A stretch of 24,918 nucleotides of DNA, taken from positions 1 to 24,918 of the forward strand of contig JAZDLC010000067.1 in the NCBI GenBank assembly GCA_043802345.1, given 5' to 3'. This stretch comes from Planctomycetota bacterium (GTDB taxonomy: Bacteria > Planctomycetota > B15-G4 > JADJEK01). Positions 7,419 through 14,936 of this stretch are shown one piece after another (the stretch's first letter is position 1; each line of letters begins with the position of its first letter). Below the pieces are notes generated by a model. The model made no database searches. It was not told where the DNA came from and saw only the letters and a list, made by a program, of their open reading frames with translations. Both the position numbers and the translations under genes were made by a program.

Positions 7419-7635
7419 CCTCACTTCTCCAGGTGTCCAGAAAGTAGGTAGTGTGGTTCCCATTCGGAAGACGCCAACCGCCTGGCGAGCAACCTCCGCC
7501 GGACCGTCACGATCACTGGGGGCAATGTCGTCAGATTTGGACGAACTGCCACCTTGATTGGTTCAGATCCGAAAAAAAAACTATCAGTCCGACCAAATTC
7601 TGGATGTCTTTGCCTGGAATCGGCCCGTTCCCCGG

Positions 7636-8469
7636 CTATCCCAGCTGCCCGATCCTCTCCACCACGTCATGAATCAACTCGTCCGGAGTGGAAGCGCCCG
7701 CGGACACGCCGACCGACGAGGCGTCCTTGAACCAGTCAGGTTCCAGGTCGCCCGCCGTTCCGACCTGGTAGGTTCTGGGATTCAGACTCTTCCCGATGGC
7801 CGTCAGTCGCTTGGAGTTGGCGCTCGTGAAGGAGCCGACGACGATCACCACGTCATGCCGCTTGGCCAGCTCACGGATCTCCTCCTGATTCCTGCGGGTC
7901 GGAAAGCAGACCGTGTTGATGAAACGAAGGTCGGCCGCCTTGCGGGCCAGGACCGACAGCACGGCGATGATGTTCTCGATCATCTGGGTCGACTGGGACA
8001 CGACTCCGCAGCGCCGCATGTAGGGCAATTCCTCCGCCTCCTCCGGGCCGCTGACCACCAACGGGTTTTCCACCTGACTCGCGATCCCATCCACCTCCTC
8101 GTGGCCATGATCCCCGATGACCACCACCGTGCGCCCCTCTCTCTGCAGTTCCCTCACTTCCGAGTGGATCTTCGAGACCAGCTTGCAGGTGCCGTCCAGG
8201 ACATTCAGGCCGCTCTCCTCCGCGGCTTTCCAGACGTCCGTGGTGGTCCCGTGGGCGCGAAAAAGCAGGGGAGCATCCTTCGCTTCTTCCAGCGACGTAA
8301 CGACTCGAACTCCCGCTTCCGCGAGCTGCCCCACCACAACCTCGTTATGGACGATATCCCCCAGCATGTAGACCGTGCCATGCCTCTTCGCGCTCTCCTT
8401 GGCCAGCTTCACGGCGTCCCTGACGCCAAAGCAGTAGCCCGCGTGCTTCGCCAGTTCAATCCGCATCAT
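7636..8469 (-). CDS. ispH: 4-hydroxy-3-methylbut-2-enyl diphosphate reductase
   Basis: MMRIELAKHAGYCFGVRDAVKLA... matches the IspH/LytB N-terminus (E. coli MQILLANPRGFCAGVDRAI), including the conserved Cys ligands. The track ORF start at 8694 is an upstream in-frame extension (MLAVHPDAPFPQ...). The true start is ATGATG at 8469/8466. Confidence 0.9.
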   Translation of the reverse strand: MMRIELAKHAGYCFGVRDAVKLAKESAKRHGTVYMLGDIVHNEVVVGQLAEAGVRVVTSLEEAKDAPLLFRAHGTTTDVWKAAEESGLNVLDGTCKLVSKIHSEVRELQREGRTVVVIGDHGHEEVDGIASQVENPLVVSGPEEAEELPYMRRCGVVSQSTQMIENIIAVLSVLARKAADLRFINTVCFPTRRNQEEIRELAKRHDVVIVVGSFTSANSKRLTAIGKSLNPRTYQVGTAGDLEPDWFKDASSVGVSAGASTPDELIHDVVERIGQLG

Positions 8470-8535
8470 CCGATCGTTCCGGGGGTGAAAGGGGGATTGG
8501 CAGGGAGTCGACCGGGCATGGTATAGAATGCCTCC
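8470..8535. promoter_or_regulatory. Divergent promoter region between ispH (-) and the RluA-family gene (+)
   Basis: A 66-nt gap separates divergently oriented genes. Inferred from position only. Confidence 0.3.
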
Positions 8536-9543
8536 TTGGAGGATAGCTTGCGGCGAAAACAAAGCTGGGTCGTTCCGCCCGAACTGAAGAACCTGAGCCC
8601 GTACCGGTTTCTCTGCCGGTCGCTGGAGGAGGTCCGCCCCGGAATGCTGCGGCAGCTTCTGCGGGAAGGGGGCGTCCGGGTGGACGGCGAGCAAAAGGCC
8701 CTGAACCGGCCGCTGAAGGTGGGCGCCCTGGTCGACGTCGTCTGGCCGGACGAGCTGTACCAGCGGGCCTCGAGGAAGCAGGTCTGCGAGTCACTGGTGA
8801 TGCTTTATCAGGACGACCAGATCCTGGTGATCGACAAGCCGGCGGGCATCCCGGTGGTGCCGGACCGCCACCGGAACTCACCCACCGTCTTCGACCTGCT
8901 GCCGAAAGGCGTGGCGCGGCATCCGGATTCCGGCATGACACCGAAGCTGGCCCACCGGCTCGACAAGCACACCAGTGGCGCGCTGCTGATCGCCAGGGAC
9001 CGGGACGCCAAGCGTGACCTGACGCGGGCGTTTCAGGAACACCTGGTCCACAAGGAGTATCTGGCCCTGGTCCGGGGAGTCGTCCGGCAGGAGGATCAGA
9101 CGGTGGAGGCGGCGATCGGCAAGGACCGCAGGCATGCGGTCCGGATGGTGATCGACCAGGAGCATGGCAAGCCGGCCGTCACCAGGATCCGGGTGGAAGA
9201 GACCTTCGACGGCTTCACTCTCCTCAGAGTTTCGCCGATCACCGGCCGCACGCACCAGATTCGCGTCCACCTGGCGCACATCGGTTTTCCGATCCTGGGA
9301 GACGGCCTGTACGGCGGCCGGCCCCAGCTGTTTCTTTCCGATCTGAAGCGCTCCTTCCGGCCAAAGGCTGGCCGAGAACTGAAACCAGTGCTCGACCGCC
9401 AGGCGCTTCACTGCGAGATCCTCGAGTTCGACACGATGGACGGGGTCCGCCAGCGGGTCAGGTCCGAGCTTCCGTCTGATCTCCAGATCCTGCTCAAGCA
9501 CCTGCGCCGCTACCGACCGGCGAGAGAGCTTGAGAATCAATAG
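8536..9543 (+). CDS. RluA-family 23S rRNA pseudouridine synthase (RluD-like, S4 plus catalytic domain)
   Basis: The catalytic motif HRLDKHTSGALLIA is present, with an S4-like N-terminal region and a conserved C-terminal TGRTHQIRVHLA. The start is uncertain: TTG at 8536, or TTG at 8548 preceded by GGAGGA. Confidence 0.85.
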   Translation: MEDSLRRKQSWVVPPELKNLSPYRFLCRSLEEVRPGMLRQLLREGGVRVDGEQKALNRPLKVGALVDVVWPDELYQRASRKQVCESLVMLYQDDQILVIDKPAGIPVVPDRHRNSPTVFDLLPKGVARHPDSGMTPKLAHRLDKHTSGALLIARDRDAKRDLTRAFQEHLVHKEYLALVRGVVRQEDQTVEAAIGKDRRHAVRMVIDQEHGKPAVTRIRVEETFDGFTLLRVSPITGRTHQIRVHLAHIGFPILGDGLYGGRPQLFLSDLKRSFRPKAGRELKPVLDRQALHCEILEFDTMDGVRQRVRSELPSDLQILLKHLRRYRPARELENQ

Positions 9544-9633
9544 GCACCCCGGTAGACTGCCCGGCTTCCCAGCTTCGCGAGGGTCCTCGAAAGTCCCCCT
9601 CGATGGTCCCTAAGGTACTGGAAAAAAAACGAG

Positions 9634-9768
9634 ATGAAACTGAAACGCCGCAGCTCCAATTCAAAGCGGGCTCGCATGACCGGTTTTCGGTACCGCAGGA
9701 AGACCCAGGGCGGGCGAAGCGTCATTCGGCGCCGCAGGGCGCGGGGCCGCCGCCTCATGCCCAAGTGA
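9634..9768 (+). CDS. rpmH: 50S ribosomal protein L34
   Basis: The 44-aa product MKLKRRSSNSKRARMTGFRYRRKTQGGRSVIRRRRARGRRRLMPK matches the L34 consensus (M K.......KR.R.HGFR.RM.T..GR.V..RRR.KGRK.L) at identical spacing. It is absent from the ORF track because it is under 60 aa. Confidence 0.8.
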   Translation: MKLKRRSSNSKRARMTGFRYRRKTQGGRSVIRRRRARGRRLMPK

Positions 9769-9807
9769 TCCGTCAGGCCGTCACGAAGAGGCTTGACCCC
9801 TTCTCTC

Positions 9808-10407
9808 TCAACGGCCTGCCACCGCCGTCACATCCCCTGCGACCGCCCTGCCCAGCTCTCCCAGCAGCCCGCTCAGACAAGCCACCACGGCCGGGATCCC
9901 CTCCCCTGACGCTCTTCCGGTGAAACGGGAGCGGCGCCGCCGCAGCGCCTCATCTCCTTTCCCCGAAATCACCCACTCCGCGCTCAGCATGCAGTCGCCC
10001 TGCTCCGTGCCCTCGAACCTGATGATCTCCACTCCGATGCGGAGGTCGATCTCGCTCGGATGGCGATACGGCGCGCGCAGCACTCGCTTCGCTCCCGTCA
10101 GCACCAGGAGGTCGTCCGCAAGAACCCGCTCCAGATTCGACTGCAGCGGCTCGGCCCACTGATGGAAGACCTCCAGCCGAACCTGATTCCCCTCGAGCCG
10201 GGTCACCAGCTGCGGACGGTCCAGATAGCGCGGGATCACGACAGATCCCAGGCCGAGCGTCAGCCCATCGTCTCCTGGCGCCACGGCATCTCCGTCACCG
10301 GACGGAACCAGATGGTAGAGAGTTGTTTCCTGCTGCGGAGTGAAGCAGGCCAGCGGCGTGAGGGCCGCCGCCAGGAACAGAAGCCCCGCGACCGCAACTC
10401 GTCTCAC
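9808..10407 (-). CDS. pqiC: PqiC/YmbA-family lipoprotein (Pqi transport-system auxiliary component)
   Basis: A lipoprotein signal ends in the lipobox LTPLAC. It aligns along its length with E. coli YmbA: LYHLVP vs YYQLP, VVIPRYLDRPQLVTR vs VTVPDYLAGNGVVYQ, and EIIRFEG...SAEWVI vs TVTEFNG...SGEWLL. The GTG start overlaps the pqiB stop as GTGA. Confidence 0.8.
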   Translation of the reverse strand: MRRVAVAGLLFLAAALTPLACFTPQQETTLYHLVPSGDGDAVAPGDDGLTLGLGSVVIPRYLDRPQLVTRLEGNQVRLEVFHQWAEPLQSNLERVLADDLLVLTGAKRVLRAPYRHPSEIDLRIGVEIIRFEGTEQGDCMLSAEWVISGKGDEALRRRRSRFTGRASGEGIPAVVACLSGLLGELGRAVAGDVTAVAGR

Positions 10408-12098
10408 TTCGAACCTCCCGCCGGCTTCTTGCCGAAGATCAGTGCGTTCGGATCGCGCTCCAGGGTATCGGCCAATCCGCGGATCGAGCGCGTCGCCCCG
10501 TGAATTTCCGCCAGGACCCGGTCGATCTCGAACCGCAGCGGGGACTCATCCCCGACCGACTCGCGCATCTGCGTCAGGAAGGCCCTGGCATCCTCCAGGG
10601 TCGAGGACGCCCGGAGGGCAACCTGTTCCATGCTCCCGGCGAGAAGGTCGACCTTGCCGTCAATCCGCACGGCAAGGTCTCCGACCTTCACGAGAGTCTC
10701 GTTCAGGCTCTTCACGGAGGAGATCATGTCCGGGCTGGAAACCAGGTTGTCGAAGTCTGCCAGCGCCTTCTGCCCGGTTTCGGCCAACTCCTTGAGCGGC
10801 AGGGCCCTCAGCCTATCGAACGTGTCCATGGCGACGGCCTGGAACCGGTCCAATTGCGACTCGACCGTGGGGAAGGTCGGGTACGGAACGGTTGGCACAA
10901 TGCTCGCAGCCGGCGCGTCCCGATAGAAGTCGAGGTCGACGTACTGCTGGCCGGTGACGATGTAGCCGGACCTGAGCTGAGCACGCATTCCCTTCCCCAC
11001 CAGCGACTCGATGACCTCTTCGTCGGAGACGTCGCAGGGTTCGAACTCATGCAGCCGCTCCAGTTCCAGGTCGACCAGGACCGGAATCCGAATTTCGCCT
11101 CTCTGACGATCCAGCACGGCGCCCACATCCTTCACCTTGCCGATCTGCATCCCCTGGTACTCCACCGGCGCCCCGGCCTTCAGCCCCCGAGGACTGCTCT
11201 TGAAGGTCATCAGGTAGGTGATGCTGGAGGTGATCTTCGGCTGACCGACGTCAGCACGCTTCCCGTAGAGGTGGAACTGGTGGCCGCTCTTGCACCGGTC
11301 TCCCGGATTCCCATCATCGGTGTCGAAGGCGATGGCGCCGCCCAGGATGGCCGCCAGCGATTCTGCCTTCAGGCTCAGCCCATCTGAGCCCACTTTGACC
11401 TCCACTCCGCTGGCGTTCCAGAATCTTGAACTGGTGCGCACGAGGTCGGAGTAGCCGTCCTGGATGAACAGGTCGACCTTCACTCTCCGATTGTCCTCGA
11501 GAATCTCGTACGCCTCCACCTCGCCGACCTCGAAGTCGAGGTAGCGGACCGGCGAACCAACTCGCAATGAACCGAGCCGATCAGCGAGCAGCACCAGTCT
11601 CAGTCCCCGGTCCGCATGCGATGATGGCACCGGCCGGTCCAGCCCCTCGAACAACCGGGATGGAGCTCCCGGAGCCGGATCGATCGCCAGGTAGGTCCCC
11701 GAAAGGTACGTCTCCAGGTCAGAGATCCCCGCGGTGCCAAAGCGCGGCCGGGCAACCCAGAATTTCGTATTGGTCGTCAAGTGAGGCTCGAAGCTCCGGT
11801 CGATCTCCGCCTCCACCACGATCTCCCGCAGATCGTCCTGCAGCCGGACCGTCTTCACCAGGCCCACTTCCAGCGACCGGAACTTGACCCTGGTCTTGCC
11901 CGCCTCCAGCCCACGTGCGTCGGCGAAGGTGATCGAGACGGTGACGCCACGCGCGCTCACGCTCTGATAGAGGAGCCACAGGCCGATCCCCACCGCCACC
12001 AGCGGAACCAGCCACACGATGGAGATCCCACGCCTTGCCCGCACCACCACCTTCGGCAACTCCCCGGGGCTGGGGGGAGCTGGATTGGATGAGTTCAT
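10404..12098 (-). CDS. pqiB: PqiB-like multi-MCE-domain envelope-spanning protein
   Basis: The true start is ATG at 12098 (MNSSNPAPPSPGELPKVVVRARRGISIVWLVPLVAVGIGLWLL...), in an ATGA overlap with the upstream pqiA stop. There is an N-terminal TM segment followed by repeated MCE-like segments. Residues 1-176 of the track's 740-aa ORF are read-through in a non-coding frame. Confidence 0.85.
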   Translation of the reverse strand: MNSSNPAPPSPGELPKVVVRARRGISIVWLVPLVAVGIGLWLLYQSVSARGVTVSITFADARGLEAGKTRVKFRSLEVGLVKTVRLQDDLREIVVEAEIDRSFEPHLTTNTKFWVARPRFGTAGISDLETYLSGTYLAIDPAPGAPSRLFEGLDRPVPSSHADRGLRLVLLADRLGSLRVGSPVRYLDFEVGEVEAYEILEDNRRVKVDLFIQDGYSDLVRTSSRFWNASGVEVKVGSDGLSLKAESLAAILGGAIAFDTDDGNPGDRCKSGHQFHLYGKRADVGQPKITSSITYLMTFKSSPRGLKAGAPVEYQGMQIGKVKDVGAVLDRQRGEIRIPVLVDLELERLHEFEPCDVSDEEVIESLVGKGMRAQLRSGYIVTGQQYVDLDFYRDAPAASIVPTVPYPTFPTVESQLDRFQAVAMDTFDRLRALPLKELAETGQKALADFDNLVSSPDMISSVKSLNETLVKVGDLAVRIDGKVDLLAGSMEQVALRASSTLEDARAFLTQMRESVGDESPLRFEIDRVLAEIHGATRSIRGLADTLERDPNALIFGKKPAGGSK

Positions 12099-12724
12099 TC
12101 GTTCTTCTCCAGAGCGTCGAAGATGAGACGCGGATCGAAATTCCGGGTGGCGAGCATCGTCATCACCACCACCACACCGAAGGCGACGGCTCCCCCGTTG
12201 GGTGTGACCGAAGCGAGCGGGTCCACCTTGACCAGCGCGATCAGGATCGCGATGACGAAGATGTCCAGCATCGACCAGCGGCCGATCAACTCGAGGATCC
12301 GGTAGAGCCTGACCCGGTCCTTCGGCCTCCATTCCCAGCGGCCATGGACGGAGAGCAGCAGGAACAGCAGGCCCAGGATCTTCACACAGGGAACCACCAC
12401 GCTGGCAATCAACACCACCGCCGCCAGCACGTACTGTCCCCCTTCCATCAACTGGCGCACCCCCTCGAGGATCGTGCTCGAGTTGGCGCCGCGCAAGGTC
12501 TCCACCGTCATGACCGGATAGAGGTTCGCGGGAAGCAACAGCGCGACCGCCGCCAGGAGGAAGGCCCAGGTCCGCTGCATACTGCCCGGCTTGCGCGAGT
12601 GGAGCGTGGCATGACAACGGGGACACTGGCCGTGCCGTCCGAAACGCGCGGTCGGCTCGCGGCAGAGCCGGCCGCAGATCAGGCAGGTCAGGAGGCCGGA
12701 GCGGATCGCGCGGTTGCCGATCAT
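12095..12724 (-). CDS. pqiA: PqiA-family integral membrane protein, half-size (second copy)
   Basis: It starts at ATG 12724 (MIGNRAIRSGLLTCLICGRLC...HGQCPRCHA) with a CxxC...CxxC zinc ribbon followed by TM helices. ATGA overlaps occur at both ends. The track's 380-aa ORF carries a spurious upstream extension. Confidence 0.75.
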   Translation of the reverse strand: MIGNRAIRSGLLTCLICGRLCREPTARFGRHGQCPRCHATLHSRKPGSMQRTWAFLLAAVALLLPANLYPVMTVETLRGANSSTILEGVRQLMEGGQYVLAAVVLIASVVVPCVKILGLLFLLLSVHGRWEWRPKDRVRLYRILELIGRWSMLDIFVIAILIALVKVDPLASVTPNGGAVAFGVVVVMTMLATRNFDPRLIFDALEKNE

Positions 12725-13386
12725 CGCCCGGTCTCCAACCGTTCGAACAGCCGCTCGGAATCGAGCGACGCCGTGGCCCACGCGGTCAGGAGGACGAGCG
12801 CAAGGAGAGCCCAGAAGGCCGGTTCCAGCTTCAGCGCGGCCATTTCCCCCAGCTTCACCAGCGCCACCAGGCTGCCCAGCAGGTAGACCTCGAGCATGGC
12901 CCAGGGTCTGAGCCGCTCGCTCGCCTGAAGCACCCGCGCCTGCAGCGGCAGCCGCAGACCGAGTCGCAGTGGAAGCAGGACGTAGAGCAGGCCGAGGTAG
13001 ATTGAGAGCGGCGCAATGAAGATGACCAGCAGCAGCAATGCGCCCAGCATGAAGAACTGGGCGTCGAACAGCTCCAAGACCCCGGAGAGGATCGAGCCGG
13101 CCTGGCTCCGCCCCTCCATGGTGAAAGTCATGAAGGAACCGCAGTGGGCCATCACGAACAGCACCAGGCCCGCCAGGGTCAGCGCGAGGGTCTGGTCCAG
13201 GGCGTCCTTGCGGTGCTCGTAGAGAACCGCCCCACACCGGGAACAGCAGGCCCGTTGCCCGGAGCCAAGCGGCTCTCGCCGCAGCAGAAGATCACATTCG
13301 TGACAGGCGACCCAGCCACTCTGTTCAGCCCGGGAACCCAATCCAACCACCCCTGTAGAGAAGACCGGCGACGCATGTTCGTCCAC
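12721..13386 (-). CDS. pqiA: PqiA-family integral membrane protein, half-size (first copy)
   Basis: It has a CHECD...CCSRCG zinc ribbon plus hydrophobic helices. The GTG start at 13386 is uncertain and may be an internal GTG. Its stop overlaps the next pqiA start as ATGA. Confidence 0.7.
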   Translation of the reverse strand: MDEHASPVFSTGVVGLGSRAEQSGWVACHECDLLLRREPLGSGQRACCSRCGAVLYEHRKDALDQTLALTLAGLVLFVMAHCGSFMTFTMEGRSQAGSILSGVLELFDAQFFMLGALLLLVIFIAPLSIYLGLLYVLLPLRLGLRLPLQARVLQASERLRPWAMLEVYLLGSLVALVKLGEMAALKLEPAFWALLALVLLTAWATASLDSERLFERLETGR

Positions 13387-13469
13387 TGCGGGCGTTTTCG
13401 ACCCGCAAGGATCCGTTCTACCAGACGATCGGAGGCGGTTGAAGGAATCGGGGTCGGGGTCGATCTGTT

Positions 13470-14681
13470 CTACGCTTGGTTCGGAAGGTCGACCCCTTGC
13501 CGGAAGAGCCGCCGGACATGCTGCTCGCGCTCCTTCTCGATCGCGCGCAGCCTCGAGACGAGTTTCCAGGCTTGCTCCCAGATCTGCTCCCGCTCGTCGG
13601 CCCCGTCCGGAATAAGCTCCTCCTCGATGCAGGCCAGGCCCCGTTCAAGGCGGGTCAACTGGCTCCGAAGCGCCTGCTGCAGCCGTTCCGACGCGGGAAT
13701 GATCTCCTCTCTGATCCAGCGCGCCCGCGCGCGCGCCGACGACGGAGGAGACCTCCTCTTCAAGGCCAGCCAGCGAGCATCCAGCGTCGCCAGGCGCAGG
13801 CCTCCTCGCCGGACCAGATTCTCGCCGCGCAACCGGCCCGGACGGCATGCCGCTCCTGGAGTGGCCGCCAGAGGCGGCGGCCTGAGAACCGCCCGCGCCT
13901 CTTCCGCTTCAGGGGTCTTCGCGGCCGCCGCCTTCCGGCCAGTCCCGGGGCATAGCATCCGGGCGAGCAGTTCGCAGCAACCGCAAGCCGGACGCGCCCC
14001 ACAGATCGGCTTGCTGCCGGCAATAAACTCGGCCACCCCGACCCGCGCATGGAGGAGTTCGCGGCCGGTGGCGGAATCCTCGGGGCAACCGACTCGACCG
14101 AGAAACCGGACCACCTCTCCCCTGGCCACGAACCCCCTGGGCCGGAAGGCCCTGCGGAATTCACCGAGCGCGCCTGCTTCAAGGAACGGAGGCGCGTCCT
14201 GAGGGAGTCTGCTGAAGAACGCCTCCAGCTTTCCCGCCTCATGGGCAGCCCGCAGCGCGGAGGCGAACGGCAACCCGACGGCCCGCTTGTACGACAGGAT
14301 CCTCCGGGCGTGGTCGCGCAGACGGATGAGCCGATCGACCAGGCCGGGCTGGGAACGCCGGCGGCGGGTCAACCGCCTGGCCGTCTCCCGAATCTCGGGC
14401 ATGCTGGCGGTGGCCAGAAGCTCGGGATGGAAGCCGAACATCTCGGCGGCGATCGGCGAGTTGGAGAGCAGGGCCCCGGAGAGGGCCGCGAGCGCTTCCC
14501 GATCATCCCGAGGCAGGCCGTCCTCGCTGAGCCGGTCAACCTTGAGCCTCCAGCGAGGCCGTTGATGATCCAGGCAGGCAGCCACCGCCTCCAGCACTGC
14601 CGCCGCTCTCGGATCGTCCGACTGCGAAGCTCCGTCCATCACGCCCCCGGCCGATCTGCGCCTCAGCCGGCCGAACACCAT
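13470..14681 (-). CDS. Hypothetical protein with Cys cluster (C-x5-C-x-C-C-x8-C), unknown function
   Basis: The 403-aa ORF has protein-like composition with Leu/Glu/Arg-rich helices. It contains GCPED...ICGARPACGCCELLARMLCPG. It lies between the helicase and the pqi operon on the same strand. The antisense ORFs are Arg/Pro/Ser low-complexity. Confidence 0.5.
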   Translation of the reverse strand: MVFGRLRRRSAGGVMDGASQSDDPRAAAVLEAVAACLDHQRPRWRLKVDRLSEDGLPRDDREALAALSGALLSNSPIAAEMFGFHPELLATASMPEIRETARRLTRRRRSQPGLVDRLIRLRDHARRILSYKRAVGLPFASALRAAHEAGKLEAFFSRLPQDAPPFLEAGALGEFRRAFRPRGFVARGEVVRFLGRVGCPEDSATGRELLHARVGVAEFIAGSKPICGARPACGCCELLARMLCPGTGRKAAAAKTPEAEEARAVLRPPPLAATPGAACRPGRLRGENLVRRGGLRLATLDARWLALKRRSPPSSARARARWIREEIIPASERLQQALRSQLTRLERGLACIEEELIPDGADEREQIWEQAWKLVSRLRAIEKEREQHVRRLFRQGVDLPNQA

Positions 14682-14936
14682 TCTCCCGCGCGTCCTGGTT
14701 TAGTGGAAATCGGGCTCTTGCGCCATGTTTTCTCCACGGCTTGCCCTCCCCACAATCCCGCGGCATTCATGATCTGAAACATGCCGGGAAACGTGCGGCT
14801 GACTGCAAGGAACCAACCAGGCCGCGATCAGGGCGCGCAGGACGCCGCGGATCAGCGGATGCCGTGAGTTCTGAAGGACGCGACGATCGGCCACGGGGGC
14901 CTGACCAGGTGCCGCACGTCTTCTTCTGACGGCCGT

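Noticed and set aside
5865-7451. 528-aa + strand ORF (and 15261..17045 at 594 aa, 21101..22693 at 530 aa, 19941..21104 at 387 aa, 4042..4881 at 279 aa)
   Set aside because: Each is antisense to a well-supported minus-strand gene and has His/Arg/Gly/Pro-rich composition. None has a domain signature.
7557-7636. A9/T9 tract downstream of ispH as an intrinsic terminator
   Set aside because: Only a 3-4 bp potential stem (GGTC/GAC) precedes the T-run on the minus strand. It is too weak to call a rho-independent terminator.
9603-9923. 106-aa + strand ORF
   Set aside because: It is in a different frame from rpmH, is Pro/Arg-rich, and overlaps the pqiC 3' end on the opposite strand. The real gene here is the 44-aa L34 ORF.
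10404-12626. Track ORF of 740 aa (and likewise 17768..19246 at 492 aa, 21188..23476 at 762 aa, 7636..8694 at 352 aa, 12095..13237 at 380 aa)
   Set aside because: The N-terminal portions are Arg/Gly/Pro-rich read-through of the upstream gene in another frame. The recognisable protein starts at an internal ATG that forms an ATGA overlap with the upstream stop, so I trimmed to those starts.
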